From: an uncultured Poribacteria bacterium
GTDB taxonomy: Bacteria; Poribacteria; WGA-4E; WGA-3G
Assembly: GCA_958296135.2 (NCBI GenBank)
Contig: CATQHZ020000001.1
Location: forward strand, 1,440,001 to 1,504,000
Direction: 5' to 3'
DNA length: 64,000 bases
The translations under genes were made by a program, and so were the position numbers. The notes beneath the pieces are model-generated. The model saw only the letters and a program-made list of their open reading frames with translations, was not told the origin of the DNA and did not search any database. Numbering within the stretch: position 1 is the first letter of the stretch; each line of letters begins with the position of its first letter. Below, one piece after another: positions 28,214 to 38,103 of this stretch.

Positions 28214-28873
28214 ATGCACTTTGAGATTTATGTTGAAGATTTGTCTGGCAAGAAAGCACTTGAGATTCTGATGCCAAAAATCATCGGCGATGGACATACA
28301 TTTGAAGTTTTTGGTTACAAAGGAATCGGCCGCAAGATTCCTGAAAATATCATGGGCCAGACGGATCCAAGCAAACGCGTTCTGCTTGATCGACTTCCCC
28401 AACTGCTCAGAGGGCGCGGGAGAAGCCATGCTGCGTACTCAACCCTTTATCCCGCAGCGGTGATTGTGGTTTGCGACTTGGATGACAGGTGCTTGAAAGA
28501 ATTTCGCCAAGAATTGCTCGCTGTCCTGGACGCGTGCAATCCCAAACCAGAAGCTCGGTTTTGTATTGCTGTAGAAGAATGTGAAGCGTGGCTTCTTGGC
28601 GACATGTCCGCAATTAAGACAGCTTATCCAAAAGTTAAAGTCGGAGTGCTGAGACATTACACACAAGATTCGGTTTGCGGAACGTGGGAAATTCTTGCCG
28701 ACGCGGTATTTGAGGGTGGCTCAAAGGCACTTGAAAGTCAGGGATATCCGGCCATAGGTATAGAAAAATCATTATGGGCGGAGAACATTGCGCCGCACAT
28801 GGACGTAGATAACAACGCCTCTCCGAGTTTTCAATACTTTCTGAAGAAAATCCGTGAGTTGGTACAAGATTAA
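28214..28873 (+). CDS. DUF4276-like (TOPRIM-like) protein coupled to the ATPase
   Basis: 'FEIYVEDLSG', 'VVCDLDD', 'IAVEECEAWLLGD', 'NNASPSF'; starts 1 bp after the ATPase stop. Confidence 0.75.
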   Translation: MHFEIYVEDLSGKKALEILMPKIIGDGHTFEVFGYKGIGRKIPENIMGQTDPSKRVLLDRLPQLLRGRGRSHAAYSTLYPAAVIVVCDLDDRCLKEFRQELLAVLDACNPKPEARFCIAVEECEAWLLGDMSAIKTAYPKVKVGVLRHYTQDSVCGTWEILADAVFEGGSKALESQGYPAIGIEKSLWAENIAPHMDVDNNASPSFQYFLKKIRELVQD

Positions 28874-28885
28874 GAGGCAATTGAC

Positions 28886-29845
28886 ATGAAAATCGCTTTT
28901 ATCGGCGTTGGCGGTATTGCTGGCAATTATCGCCGAAGCTTGAAACAACTTGAACGTTCCATTGCGGCAGTCTGCGATATTAACGCGGAACGCGCCGCGG
29001 CTGTCGCACACGAAGAAAAGGCAATCGCATACACCAACCACGGTGAAATGCTGCGGCATGAACATCCCGATGTCGTCTTCACTTGCATTCCGCCCGGGGC
29101 GCACACAACGCAAGTCGCTGATGCGGCACAATCGGGCGCGGCACTTTTTGTCGCGAAACCGGTGGCACAGGATTTAGAAACGGCGCGCCGCACTCGCGAC
29201 GCAATTGATACCGCCGGGGTTATTAATCAAGTCGGCTACATGGCGCGGTATAGCGACATTACTGACAAAGCGAAGAAGCTCGTGGGTAACACGAAACTCG
29301 CCATGGGGTTCGGACGGTTCCTTGCTCGGATGGGGAGCAACCATCCGTGGTGGGGAAAATACGAAGTATCGCGTGGACAGATGGTAGAGCAAACCACGCA
29401 TGTGTTCGATCTCATCCGTTATTTCCTCGGAGATGTCGCTAGCGTTCATGCCTATGGTATCAAAAATGTCTCCGAAGGCATCGCTGATTTTGAGGAATGC
29501 ACAGTCTGTAATCTGCAGTTTGAGAGCGGGGCGATAGGTAGTATCACCAGTACCTGTGTCGCCCGCGCGCCCGATAATTTCGCTACCGAATTGGTGGGCG
29601 ACGCGCTCTACCTCAAACTAACGCACGACCTGGGGTTGCGCGGTCAGATCGGCGATGAGGCTATTGACTATACTGGCACTGAAGCGGGTTACTTCCGTCA
29701 GGTTGCGGAGTTCATCGGGGCCGTGGAAACAAACGAGCAAGGATTAGTTCTTTCCTCTTACGCCGATGCAGTGAAGACACTTTCTGTGACGCTTGCCGCA
29801 AATCGTTCATTAGAAACAGGTATGGTTGAACAGGTTAGGATTTAA
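28886..29845 (+). CDS. Gfo/Idh/MocA family oxidoreductase
   Basis: 'IAFIGVGGIA', 'AVCDIN', 'FVAKPVA', 'VEQTTHVFDLIRYFLG'. Confidence 0.9.
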   Translation: MKIAFIGVGGIAGNYRRSLKQLERSIAAVCDINAERAAAVAHEEKAIAYTNHGEMLRHEHPDVVFTCIPPGAHTTQVADAAQSGAALFVAKPVAQDLETARRTRDAIDTAGVINQVGYMARYSDITDKAKKLVGNTKLAMGFGRFLARMGSNHPWWGKYEVSRGQMVEQTTHVFDLIRYFLGDVASVHAYGIKNVSEGIADFEECTVCNLQFESGAIGSITSTCVARAPDNFATELVGDALYLKLTHDLGLRGQIGDEAIDYTGTEAGYFRQVAEFIGAVETNEQGLVLSSYADAVKTLSVTLAANRSLETGMVEQVRI

Positions 29846-29951
29846 GCGGAAAAAAGTCTCAGAGGATAACTTTCTACGGTTTACGCGTAAATTCTCGCGT
29901 GACGGTAGGCGCGGTTTCAAACTACGCCAACGATGGTATGCTGCGTAAGTT

Positions 29952-31313
29952 CTATTTTCTTACCAGCATTTTGCCTGTCGCCGTGAAATTGCCGGCGGTG
30001 AAGGTGTAAAAGTAGACACCACTCGCCACGCGCTCCCCTTGCGCATTGCGGCCATCCCAATGCGCTGCGCGACTTCGGCTCCGATAAATACCCGCTGGCT
30101 GATGGCCTAACGCTAAGGTTCGCACCCATTTCCCATCCGCTGCGTAGATGGATACCGTGACATCAGCAGGTTTTGCCAGTTGATACGGTATCCACGTCTC
30201 CGGGTTGAACGGATTCGGATAGTTGGGCAACAACGCCGTTTCTGTCGGGAGGGGCGGTGCGGGAGCCGCAGGCGCGGCGGTGTCGCTGTTAAAGTAGAAG
30301 GTTCGGACGATTACCCACATTCTGCCGCGCAGGACTAACCCGTCTGCAACCTCTCCCCAAAGGCGGATCGAAGTATCGCCAACGCGCTCCCATCCATCTA
30401 GCCTCGCGGTGGCGGCGGAACTTACCAATTCAATGTCGGATACCTGCGCGAGGACGAACGGGTTGTCAAAGGTTACCGTCTCTTTCCATGCATGCGTTTT
30501 GCCCCAGAAATCGCTGGCCCCGTAAATCTCTACTGCCTGCACCTCGGTCCAGTAAGGGTGGTAGCTGCGCTCAAACGAGGGAGGTTCTAACGGTACGACT
30601 ACCGTATTCGGGGTGAGTGTGAGTTTGGCAAGCGGTCCGACATCGATTTGGAATTCGTACCATTCCGGGTCTTTGTTCTCAAAGGCTGTCTGCCAGCGCA
30701 GGTCCCAGCTGGCTTGGAGTTCTTCCGAGTCCCACCACTGAAATCGGCCCTGCGGGTCTGCAATGAGGAATTTATCAGATTGCGTATCGTATCCGACAGC
30801 GACTACCCAATGGTAACCTGTGTTTGAGCGTCTGAGGAGAAGGATAGGTGGCCGGTTATTTCGGATGTATCGGCGCACATCGTCAAGCGTTTTTTCGGTG
30901 TACCAATGCGAGGGCACGTCCGATTCGTTCAGGGCGCGGCGCAGTTCATCGGGCCATGTGCCGAACACAACGGTATGGATATCCCCTGCTGCCCAGATGT
31001 CCTTGAGCCGCCGATGGTTTCTATAGTAATAGAGCACCATCTGGACGCTGTTGGGCCCGCAGTTTCGATTGAACTGCTCCATGATGATAAAATCGTTGCC
31101 GCCTTCATTGGGAATGTAGCCGTTGGCTTTGGCGTTGAATTGCGTTAGATTGAGGGGGAGTCCTCGGAGAGTGACTATCTGCCCGCCGCTGGGATAGGTA
31201 TAACGTTCTGCCGCGGCGTTGTTTGAGATAAGCGCGAAGGTTATCACAATGAGCGCGGTATAGAGACATGGCAGTTCGTGATGTTTGCTGAAAGAGAAAG
31301 TCGGGTGTTTCAT
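29952..31313 (-). CDS. Secreted C39-like cysteine peptidase with C-terminal T9SS-type-A/FlgD-like domain
   Basis: Triad motifs 'NCGPNS', 'GYHWVVAVGYD', 'IADP'; CTD 'LLPNYPNPFNPETWIPYQL...WDGRNAQGERVASGVYFY'. Confidence 0.8.
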   Translation of the reverse strand: MKHPTFSFSKHHELPCLYTALIVITFALISNNAAAERYTYPSGGQIVTLRGLPLNLTQFNAKANGYIPNEGGNDFIIMEQFNRNCGPNSVQMVLYYYRNHRRLKDIWAAGDIHTVVFGTWPDELRRALNESDVPSHWYTEKTLDDVRRYIRNNRPPILLLRRSNTGYHWVVAVGYDTQSDKFLIADPQGRFQWWDSEELQASWDLRWQTAFENKDPEWYEFQIDVGPLAKLTLTPNTVVVPLEPPSFERSYHPYWTEVQAVEIYGASDFWGKTHAWKETVTFDNPFVLAQVSDIELVSSAATARLDGWERVGDTSIRLWGEVADGLVLRGRMWVIVRTFYFNSDTAAPAAPAPPLPTETALLPNYPNPFNPETWIPYQLAKPADVTVSIYAADGKWVRTLALGHQPAGIYRSRSRAAHWDGRNAQGERVASGVYFYTFTAGNFTATGKMLVRK

Positions 31314-31447
31314 GACGTTATGGTTTGCGCGAAAATTTGGGAGATGGCGAGGGACAGTGGACATCTCTGCAGCGAGGCGGCAGAGATGACAAAGTTTCGG
31401 CGTGACGGCCCTCGCCCTACAGATGTGAAACGGAGACTATTCGCTGT

Positions 31448-31873
31448 CTACTCAATTTCAACGACGAGATACTGTTGCTCAACAGTCACGGGGAACGTAT
31501 CGGCGACGTAGGGCCCCTTTTCCGGTGCGGCAATGTCCTCGCCGCGTTCTACGTGGACATCGTATTTTCGGACGCGCCGCTTCGCGGGATTCCACCACGA
31601 TTGGCCAGTCTTGATGTCAAATTCCCAACTGTGCCATGGACACCGCAGAAACTCGCCTTTGCGGGTATAGGTATACGTTCCTGGCGCGGGCGATTTTAAG
31701 AAGCCGGTAACATGTCCCTTACACAGCGGTCCGCCTTGGTGTGGGCAGCTGTTCCGGATTGCGAAAAATTCGCCGTTGATGTTGAAAATACCGATGGAAC
31801 GTCCATCGATATCAACGATTTTGCGTTCGCCGGGGGCGATTTCGTCTGGGGTTGCAACTACGTATTTTGCCAT
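31448..31873 (-). CDS. Rieske [2Fe-2S] ferredoxin
   Basis: 'CPHQGGPL' and 'RCPWHSWEFDIKTG'. Confidence 0.92.
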   Translation of the reverse strand: MAKYVVATPDEIAPGERKIVDIDGRSIGIFNINGEFFAIRNSCPHQGGPLCKGHVTGFLKSPAPGTYTYTRKGEFLRCPWHSWEFDIKTGQSWWNPAKRRVRKYDVHVERGEDIAAPEKGPYVADTFPVTVEQQYLVVEIE

Positions 31874-31887
31874 TTGGTTTGCAGCCT

Positions 31888-31939
31888 GGCGCGGGGAACC
31901 CTCGGCGATTCGCGCTCGCCGGGTTTTCCCTCGCCCTAC
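31888..31939 (-). repeat. Family-B (extended family-A) REP-like element; other copies at 34634-34676 and 45568-45619
   Basis: ggcg(a/c)ggg...ctcggcgattcg(c/t)gctcgc(c/t)ggg...ccctcgc(c/g)ctac. Confidence 0.85.
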
Positions 31940-31980
31940 GTTCAGGTGAAAAGCGCGATGCCTTTTGTAAGGGCGGATTT

Positions 31981-33060
31981 CTATATCCGCCCTTCAAACT
32001 GGTAGAGTTTGCGCGCGTTGTCCGCTAGGATTTTTCGGCGCAATTCGGGTTTGAGGAAACTCGGCAGAGCCCGGTCGGGCGCGTCGAAGTCCCAATGCGG
32101 GTAATCTGTGGCGAACATGAGTTTGTCGTTCATGTCCATCTGCTCAAGCAGTTGTTCAAAATACTCCCGCTTCGGTGGTTCTTCCATTGGTTGCGTGCTG
32201 AGCCAGAAGTGGTTTCGGATGTATTCGGATGGTTTGCGTTTGAGTGCTGGCACTTCACGTCGCAGTTTCTTCCATGTCGCATCTAACCGCCAGATGAGCG
32301 GTGGCATCCACGCGAAACCGCCTTCGATCAGGACGATTTTGAGCGAGGGGAATCGTTCAAAGATGCCTTCGCAGACGTAACTGATGACCTGCGTATGGAA
32401 CGCCTGCGGCATGCCGCCGTGGTCTTCAATATAATAGGAGGGCCACCCTGCGCCGGTAATCGGTCCGGCGACACCGCCAAAGTGGATGCCGATGGGGAGG
32501 TTGTATTCCTCCGCGGCTTCGTAGATTTTCCAGTATTTGCGGTTGCCGAGCGGGTCCTTCGTGCGCGCGATGAGCAGGATTTGGACAAAGCCGGGGTTCG
32601 GCCCGCAGCGGTGAATCTCTTCGGCGGACAAGTCGCCATCCTCATAAGCGATTACGATGGATGCGCGCAGGCGCGGCTCGGGTTCAACCCAATCGGCGAT
32701 TTGCCAGTCGTTTACGGCGCGTGCGAGCGCGGCACCGTATTCCACATTCAGCTGCTCGCCGACAGGAATCAAGGGGTTAAGCACACCGTATTCAATATTC
32801 CACGCGTCCAAGAGTTGCTTCTGCATGAACTCCAAGTCTGCACCGGGGGCGAGGCCGGACGGGGGCCACGCGTCGTGTCGGGCGGCGTTGAGTAGGGCAC
32901 GCGGATAGTATCCTCCGGCGCGGCCGCGCAAACCGAAGGTTTTGTAGTGCTCTTGCCACCGTTTAGATAGGTATGGCGACAATGCGCCCGGCGGCACGGA
33001 GTTGTGGATGTCACAATCGATGACCGGAAATTTTGAGCGTTTGGTAGTCGTGTTTGCCAT
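31981..33060 (-). CDS. Amidohydrolase_2 family protein (probable dinuclear oxygenase subunit)
   Basis: 'IDCDIH', 'GIHFGG', 'YYIEDH', 'LIEGGFAW', 'FATDYPHWD'. Confidence 0.85.
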   Translation of the reverse strand: MANTTTKRSKFPVIDCDIHNSVPPGALSPYLSKRWQEHYKTFGLRGRAGGYYPRALLNAARHDAWPPSGLAPGADLEFMQKQLLDAWNIEYGVLNPLIPVGEQLNVEYGAALARAVNDWQIADWVEPEPRLRASIVIAYEDGDLSAEEIHRCGPNPGFVQILLIARTKDPLGNRKYWKIYEAAEEYNLPIGIHFGGVAGPITGAGWPSYYIEDHGGMPQAFHTQVISYVCEGIFERFPSLKIVLIEGGFAWMPPLIWRLDATWKKLRREVPALKRKPSEYIRNHFWLSTQPMEEPPKREYFEQLLEQMDMNDKLMFATDYPHWDFDAPDRALPSFLKPELRRKILADNARKLYQFEGRI

Positions 33061-33138
33061 TGCGTTTCGCCTCCAATGTGTGATGAAAGCATGATTCGGT
33101 AAGCGGTGCAGTCGACAGACAGATATAGAAATCCACCC

Positions 33139-34266
33139 TTACGAGAGTTGATAGAACGCGCGCGCATTTTCATGCAAAATCTTACGGGTAAGGCGCGCTG
33201 GCAATTCCGATGGTAGCGCGTCATTCGGCGTGTCAAATTGCCAATGCGGATAATCCGTTGAGAACATCAACATCTCCTCGGATTCAAGTTGTCCGATTAT
33301 CTGAAGCAGTTGTTTCGGATCTGGTGGGGCATCGACAGGTTGCAAGGTGAACCGCATGTGTTCCCGCATGTATTCAGATGGCGGCCGTTTCACCCACGGT
33401 GTATTGTTTCGGAGCCCGCGCCACTCTTTGTCAATGCGCCACATCACAGCGGGTAGCCACGTGAAACCGCTTTCGATTAGGACGACGCGAAGGTCTGGAA
33501 ACTGATCGAAGACTCCCTCCGCGACGAGACTAATCACTTGTGCTTGGAACACCTGCGTCATCCCGCTGTATTCCTCTAAATAGGTAGAGGGCCACCCTGT
33601 CGGTGAGGGTTGATTGCCGGGCGCGCCGCCGTAATGGATGCCGATGGCGAGGTTCTCCCGTATTGCTGCTTCATAAATCGGATGATACAACCGACTGCCG
33701 TAAGGCGTGCGCGAACGCACCGGCAGGATTACTTGCACAAACCCCGGGTGCTCCCCGACGCGTTCAATTTCTCTGGCGGCGAGTTCCGGAATTTGACTGG
33801 GGATGACCAGGGAAGCCCGGAGCCGCGGCTCCGGTTCAAGCCAATGTTCTATCTGCCAATCGTTTATCGCCTGCGCGATGGCGGCAGCCAGGTCTGGGTT
33901 ATGGACGCTTTGCACGCGGTAGGCGCAATTGAGGATGCCGTATTCAAGGTTCCAGCTGTCAAGCAGTTGCTCGCGCACATGCGCCAGATCGACTTCCCAT
34001 GGCGGTTTCGCATCTGGGTGTGTCGTTATCGGCGCGCCGCGCGGGTAATCGTTTGCATCGGGCCCTCTGAAGCCAGAGTTGCTGCAGTAATCGCACCAGA
34101 AATCCGAAAGATACGGGAAGAGTGTCTGTAATGATGGCACTTCATTGTGAATATCGCAGTCGATGGCTTGCAACCCCGTTTCAAGCGGGAAAACAGATGC
34201 AGGGCCAGTCCTGCGTTTCTGTTTCTCTTCGTGAGGAGTTGTCTTGCGTTCCTTCTGTTTCTCCAT
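33139..34266 (-). CDS. Amidohydrolase_2 family protein (paralogous partner subunit)
   Basis: 'IDCDIH', 'GIHYGG', 'LIESGFTW', 'FSTDYPHWQ'. Confidence 0.85.
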   Translation of the reverse strand: MEKQKERKTTPHEEKQKRRTGPASVFPLETGLQAIDCDIHNEVPSLQTLFPYLSDFWCDYCSNSGFRGPDANDYPRGAPITTHPDAKPPWEVDLAHVREQLLDSWNLEYGILNCAYRVQSVHNPDLAAAIAQAINDWQIEHWLEPEPRLRASLVIPSQIPELAAREIERVGEHPGFVQVILPVRSRTPYGSRLYHPIYEAAIRENLAIGIHYGGAPGNQPSPTGWPSTYLEEYSGMTQVFQAQVISLVAEGVFDQFPDLRVVLIESGFTWLPAVMWRIDKEWRGLRNNTPWVKRPPSEYMREHMRFTLQPVDAPPDPKQLLQIIGQLESEEMLMFSTDYPHWQFDTPNDALPSELPARLTRKILHENARAFYQLS

Positions 34267-34382
34267 GGTATCAACCTATCAACTTCGAGGAGTTTAAGGA
34301 CGAGCCGGTCTTTCCCATCATTGGCGGCGTAATGCAGGGCAGTACTCCCTTTGCCAATCTGTCCCGACAATCGCTTGAAGAG

Positions 34383-34455
34383 TGGGGCGTACTGGATTTG
34401 AACCAGTGACTTCTACCGTGTGAAGGTAGCGCTCGTACCCCTGAGCTAACGCCCC
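34383..34455 (-). tRNA. tRNA-Val (CAC)
   Basis: Minus strand GGGGCGT...ACGCCCC-A, anticodon arm CTACC-TTCACAC-GGTAG. Confidence 0.95.
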
Positions 34456-34470
34456 ATAGAAAGAGATAGA

Positions 34471-34543
34471 TGGGCCCACTAGGACTCGAACCTAGGACCA
34501 GCCGGTTATGAGCCGGCGGCTCTGACCACTGAGCTATGGGCCC
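34471..34543 (-). tRNA. tRNA with CAT anticodon, probably tRNA-Ile2 (lysidine-modified)
   Basis: Minus strand GGGCCCA...TGGGCCC-A, arm GCCGG-CTCATAA-CCGGC; paired 1:72 so not initiator; lies downstream of rpoD like ileX. Confidence 0.9.
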
Positions 34544-34563
34544 TTTATGATGTTAACATAAAA

Positions 34564-34592
34564 ATTATACCATATTTCCAAGTAAAAAGCAA
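34564..34592 (-). promoter_or_regulatory. Sigma70 promoter of the tRNA(CAT)/tRNA-Val pair
   Basis: Minus strand TTGCTT, 17 nt, TATAAT preceded by TGn. Confidence 0.75.
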
Positions 34593-34693
34593 ATTTTTTT
34601 AATATATCGCGATTTTCACAGAAATCGTAGGATGGCGAGGGCTCGGCGATTCGTGCTCGCCGGGCCCTCGCCCTACGAAGATGGTGGCGCGTG

Positions 34694-36286
34694 CTAGTGC
34701 AGGAAATCGCGTAATTTCCGGCTGCGTGTGGGATGGCGCAGTTTTCGGAGCGCGTTCGCCTCGATTTGCCGGATGCGTTCCCGGGTTAAACCAAATATGC
34801 GCCCTACTTCCTCAAGGGTTTTCGGGTAACCGCCCTTGATACCGAATCGGAGGACGATAACTTCCCTCTCTTTGTCGCTTAAGTCGGCGAGAACCTCTTG
34901 GATCTGCTCCTTGAGGATGTTCAATTCCGCCTCTTTCACTGGCGAATTGATAGTGGTGTCCTCAATGAAGTCGCCGAGGGAGTTGTCGTCTTCGTCGCCG
35001 ATAGGGGTTTCTAACGAAACCGCTTCCGGTGCTACCTCCAACGCCTCGTTGACCTTGTTCACCGGCATTTTCATATCCTCGGCGATTTGCGCTACAGTCG
35101 GCTCACTGCCTAATTCTTGGAGGAGCGAGCGTTGGACGCGCCGGATCTTGTTAATCCGTTCGTGCATGTGGACGGGGATGCGGATGGGGCGCGCCTGGTC
35201 AGCGATGGCGCGGGTAATGCCTTGTCGGATCCACCATGTGGCATAAGTGCTGAACTTATAGCCGCGCTGGTAATCAAATTTGTCAACGGCGCGCATCAAA
35301 CCGATGTTGCCTTCCTGAATCAGGTCTAGGAATTCTAGGCCGGCAGTCCGGTGTCGATACTTCTTCGCGATGCTGACAACGAGACGGAGATTCGCTTCGA
35401 CGATGGCCATTTTGGCGTCCTGCGCGTCTGCTTCGCCTCGGTCAATCTGATTCGTGAGCTGCTTGAGCTGCTCCCGTGGAACGCCGATTTCGTTCATGTG
35501 CTGCCGAATGTTACGCTGGAGTCGGATGATCTGGACGCGCGCCGCTTTCATCGTGGGTGACATCTCGTCGCGGGGGAGTCCATTGAGCCACGCGTTGGGA
35601 ATACCGTGTTTCTGCTGCAGCGCGCGCGCTTCCTCTTCCCACTTGCTGATTTTCGCTTCGGCCTGCTTAACCTGGTCAGAAATTTTGCTAATTTCCTCCC
35701 GGTCTATCTTGAGTTTATCCAGCGTTGTGATGAGTTTAGCGCGGCCGCGCCACGTTACCGTGCAAGGTTTTCCGTTGGCACTGGGTGCCGGGGTAGCGGC
35801 GGTGAGCCGGTCTTCCTCTAATGCCTCTATCACCTTCAACGCTTTCTTCACCTGGTCTTGAAGTTTGCGTTCTTTGTTCTGAGTGGAGGTGCTAGAGACA
35901 GGCATATCGATAATATCGGAGGCGCGCTTTTTCGCCGTCACGATTTTATAGAGGAGTTTCCGAATCTCAATAATAGCGAGGGGTATGTCAAAAGTCGCTT
36001 CTTGGGCGGCGCGGTGGCCTGCCTCAATCTGTTGCGCGAGTTCCACTTCCTGCTTCTTATTGAGCAGCGGAAATTTCCCCATTTCGCGCATGTAGACTTT
36101 GACCGGGTCGTCCCTATAGCTGGTTGTTTCCGAAGACGCGTAGGCTTCCGGGTCGTAATCGGGTTCATCCATGCTGTCGGTTTCCCAGGAATCGACAGTC
36201 AGAGTATCTCTGAAATTCATCGTTGACAGACTCCTTTTTTTGGGTGCGGTTATTCGGGCCGGTTCATTCGTATGCGCCTGGTTCAT
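34694..36286 (-). CDS. rpoD: RNA polymerase primary sigma factor
   Basis: '[11 protein letters not shown]', '[14 protein letters not shown]', '[35 protein letters not shown]', 'TRERIRQIE'; follows dnaG. Confidence 0.96.
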   Translation of the reverse strand: MNQAHTNEPARITAPKKRSLSTMNFRDTLTVDSWETDSMDEPDYDPEAYASSETTSYRDDPVKVYMREMGKFPLLNKKQEVELAQQIEAGHRAAQEATFDIPLAIIEIRKLLYKIVTAKKRASDIIDMPVSSTSTQNKERKLQDQVKKALKVIEALEEDRLTAATPAPSANGKPCTVTWRGRAKLITTLDKLKIDREEISKISDQVKQAEAKISKWEEEARALQQKHGIPNAWLNGLPRDEMSPTMKAARVQIIRLQRNIRQHMNEIGVPREQLKQLTNQIDRGEADAQDAKMAIVEANLRLVVSIAKKYRHRTAGLEFLDLIQEGNIGLMRAVDKFDYQRGYKFSTYATWWIRQGITRAIADQARPIRIPVHMHERINKIRRVQRSLLQELGSEPTVAQIAEDMKMPVNKVNEALEVAPEAVSLETPIGDEDDNSLGDFIEDTTINSPVKEAELNILKEQIQEVLADLSDKEREVIVLRFGIKGGYPKTLEEVGRIFGLTRERIRQIEANALRKLRHPTRSRKLRDFLH

Positions 36287-38078
36287 GAATCGGCTGTGCG
36301 CCTAGGGCGCGCCGCTGGTCTGAGAGTTTCACCAATTCCTTGAGCGTTTCTAACTCGTCAGCGCCTTCGGCGAGTGCATGCGAACGGACGCGTTGCTCCA
36401 TGTCTTTGAAGATAAAATGCTGCAGTTTGCGGAGGCATCCATCCACTCGTGCTTTTAAATTCGGCGGCGTTTTGCGGAGGAGCGCGTTGGAAATAAGGGC
36501 TCTTAACTTTTCATCGGTGCATTCGTTGAGGAGGCTTTGGATATCGGGCCCGTCGTTTTCTGGGTTCGCTTCCCACAGCAACTGCGCCATCTTCGCGAAG
36601 TGCGGTTCGGTTAAATCCGCGTAGTGAAACTGCGATTTGATGTAGGGAATCAACGTTGGGTTTTGGATTAACGCTTCAATCAGTTGCGCTTCAATTTGCG
36701 CGCGTGGTGACAATTTTTTCGGGGATGCCTTATTCGCCCGGGTCCGATAGGGCGCGGGTGCCTCTTTGAGCCCCAAGTCTCGCAATTCGTGCCACAGCAT
36801 GTCTGTATTGACATGGAGTTCTTTTGCGGCGTATTTAACGTATTCGCTCCGTTCCATCCTGTCTTGGATATGCGTTAGCGTCGCGCTAATCTCTTTCACA
36901 ATCTGCGTTTTGACATCGACGCGGTGGATATTTTGCTGTTGAATCGCGGTCTGAATCTGAAATTCGACCAGGTTTATGGCCTTGTCTGTGAGTTTCGTGA
37001 ACGCCTCGGCTCCGTGTTGCCGTGCGAACGAATCCGGGTCTTCGCCATTTGGCAGTAAGGCGATGCGCACCCGTAATCCTGCTGCGAGTAGGCGGTGCAG
37101 CCCGCGTTGCGCTGCTTGGAAGCCTGCAGTATCGCCATCGTAAACGATGATGACTTCTGGGGTAAACCGCTTCAGCAAAGTGGCGTGGTTTTCGCTCAGG
37201 GATGTGCCGGAGGAGGCAACCACGTTTTCAACGCCACATTGGTAAAGCATCAGCGCGTCCATATAACCTTCGACGAGGAGAGCCGTCCGCTTTTTGTAGA
37301 TGGCTTGACGCGCCTTGTCAAGGTTGTAGAGGATGTTACTTTTATTATACAAAATTGTCTCGGGTGAATTCAAGTATTTCGGCTGTTGTTCTTCTGAGAG
37401 CGCGCGTCCGCCAAATCCGACTGGCACGCCGCGTTCATTCTGAATCGGAAAGAGCAGCCGGTTCCAGAACCTGTCTTGCGGGCCGCGTTCTTCGTTTTTA
37501 ATCAACCCTGCATCGACGAGTTGCTGGATAGTCCAACCTTCGTCTGTCGCGGCTTTTACCAGGTTGCGCCGTGTGGACTTTGCGTAGCCGAGTTGAAACA
37601 GTTTAAGCGTTTTCGGTTGCACGCCGCGGTGCTGGAGATACCGCCTTGCCTGGCCGCCGCTATCTTCGGTGAGCAGGTGGCGGTGGTAATATTGGGCTGC
37701 GAACCGGTTGAGTTCCTCAAGCGATGTGAACCGTTTTCGGTTGGCACTTTCGCGTGCGTTCTGATTCGGTAGCGAGATGTTGAGTCTATCGGCGAGCCAT
37801 GTGAGGGTTTCAATGAAAGATTTTGCTTCATGCTTTTGCACGAAGCTGATGACGTTGCCGCCTGTCTGGCAGCCGAAGCAATAGAAAATCTGCTTCGCCA
37901 CGGAGACGGTAAAAGAGGGCGTTTTTTCGTCGTGAAACGGGCAGAGTGCCTTGTAATCGCGGCCGGCGGGGCGTAACGGGATGCCGCACTCGGAGATAAC
38001 TTCGACAATATCGCTCCGGTGCCGAATTTCATCAATCGTCTCGCGCGGAATCTGGATGTTTGTCCGAGTTCGGTTCAT
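36264..38078 (-). CDS. dnaG: DNA primase
   Basis: Zn finger '[11 protein letters not shown]...CFGC', 'KYLNSPET', 'VEGYMD', 'YDGDTAG', 'DPD'. Confidence 0.96.
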   Translation of the reverse strand: MNRTRTNIQIPRETIDEIRHRSDIVEVISECGIPLRPAGRDYKALCPFHDEKTPSFTVSVAKQIFYCFGCQTGGNVISFVQKHEAKSFIETLTWLADRLNISLPNQNARESANRKRFTSLEELNRFAAQYYHRHLLTEDSGGQARRYLQHRGVQPKTLKLFQLGYAKSTRRNLVKAATDEGWTIQQLVDAGLIKNEERGPQDRFWNRLLFPIQNERGVPVGFGGRALSEEQQPKYLNSPETILYNKSNILYNLDKARQAIYKKRTALLVEGYMDALMLYQCGVENVVASSGTSLSENHATLLKRFTPEVIIVYDGDTAGFQAAQRGLHRLLAAGLRVRIALLPNGEDPDSFARQHGAEAFTKLTDKAINLVEFQIQTAIQQQNIHRVDVKTQIVKEISATLTHIQDRMERSEYVKYAAKELHVNTDMLWHELRDLGLKEAPAPYRTRANKASPKKLSPRAQIEAQLIEALIQNPTLIPYIKSQFHYADLTEPHFAKMAQLLWEANPENDGPDIQSLLNECTDEKLRALISNALLRKTPPNLKARVDGCLRKLQHFIFKDMEQRVRSHALAEGADELETLKELVKLSDQRRALGAQPIHEPGAYE

Positions 38079-38103
38079 GATGTCGTGCCTCTCGGTTGGG
38101 ACA

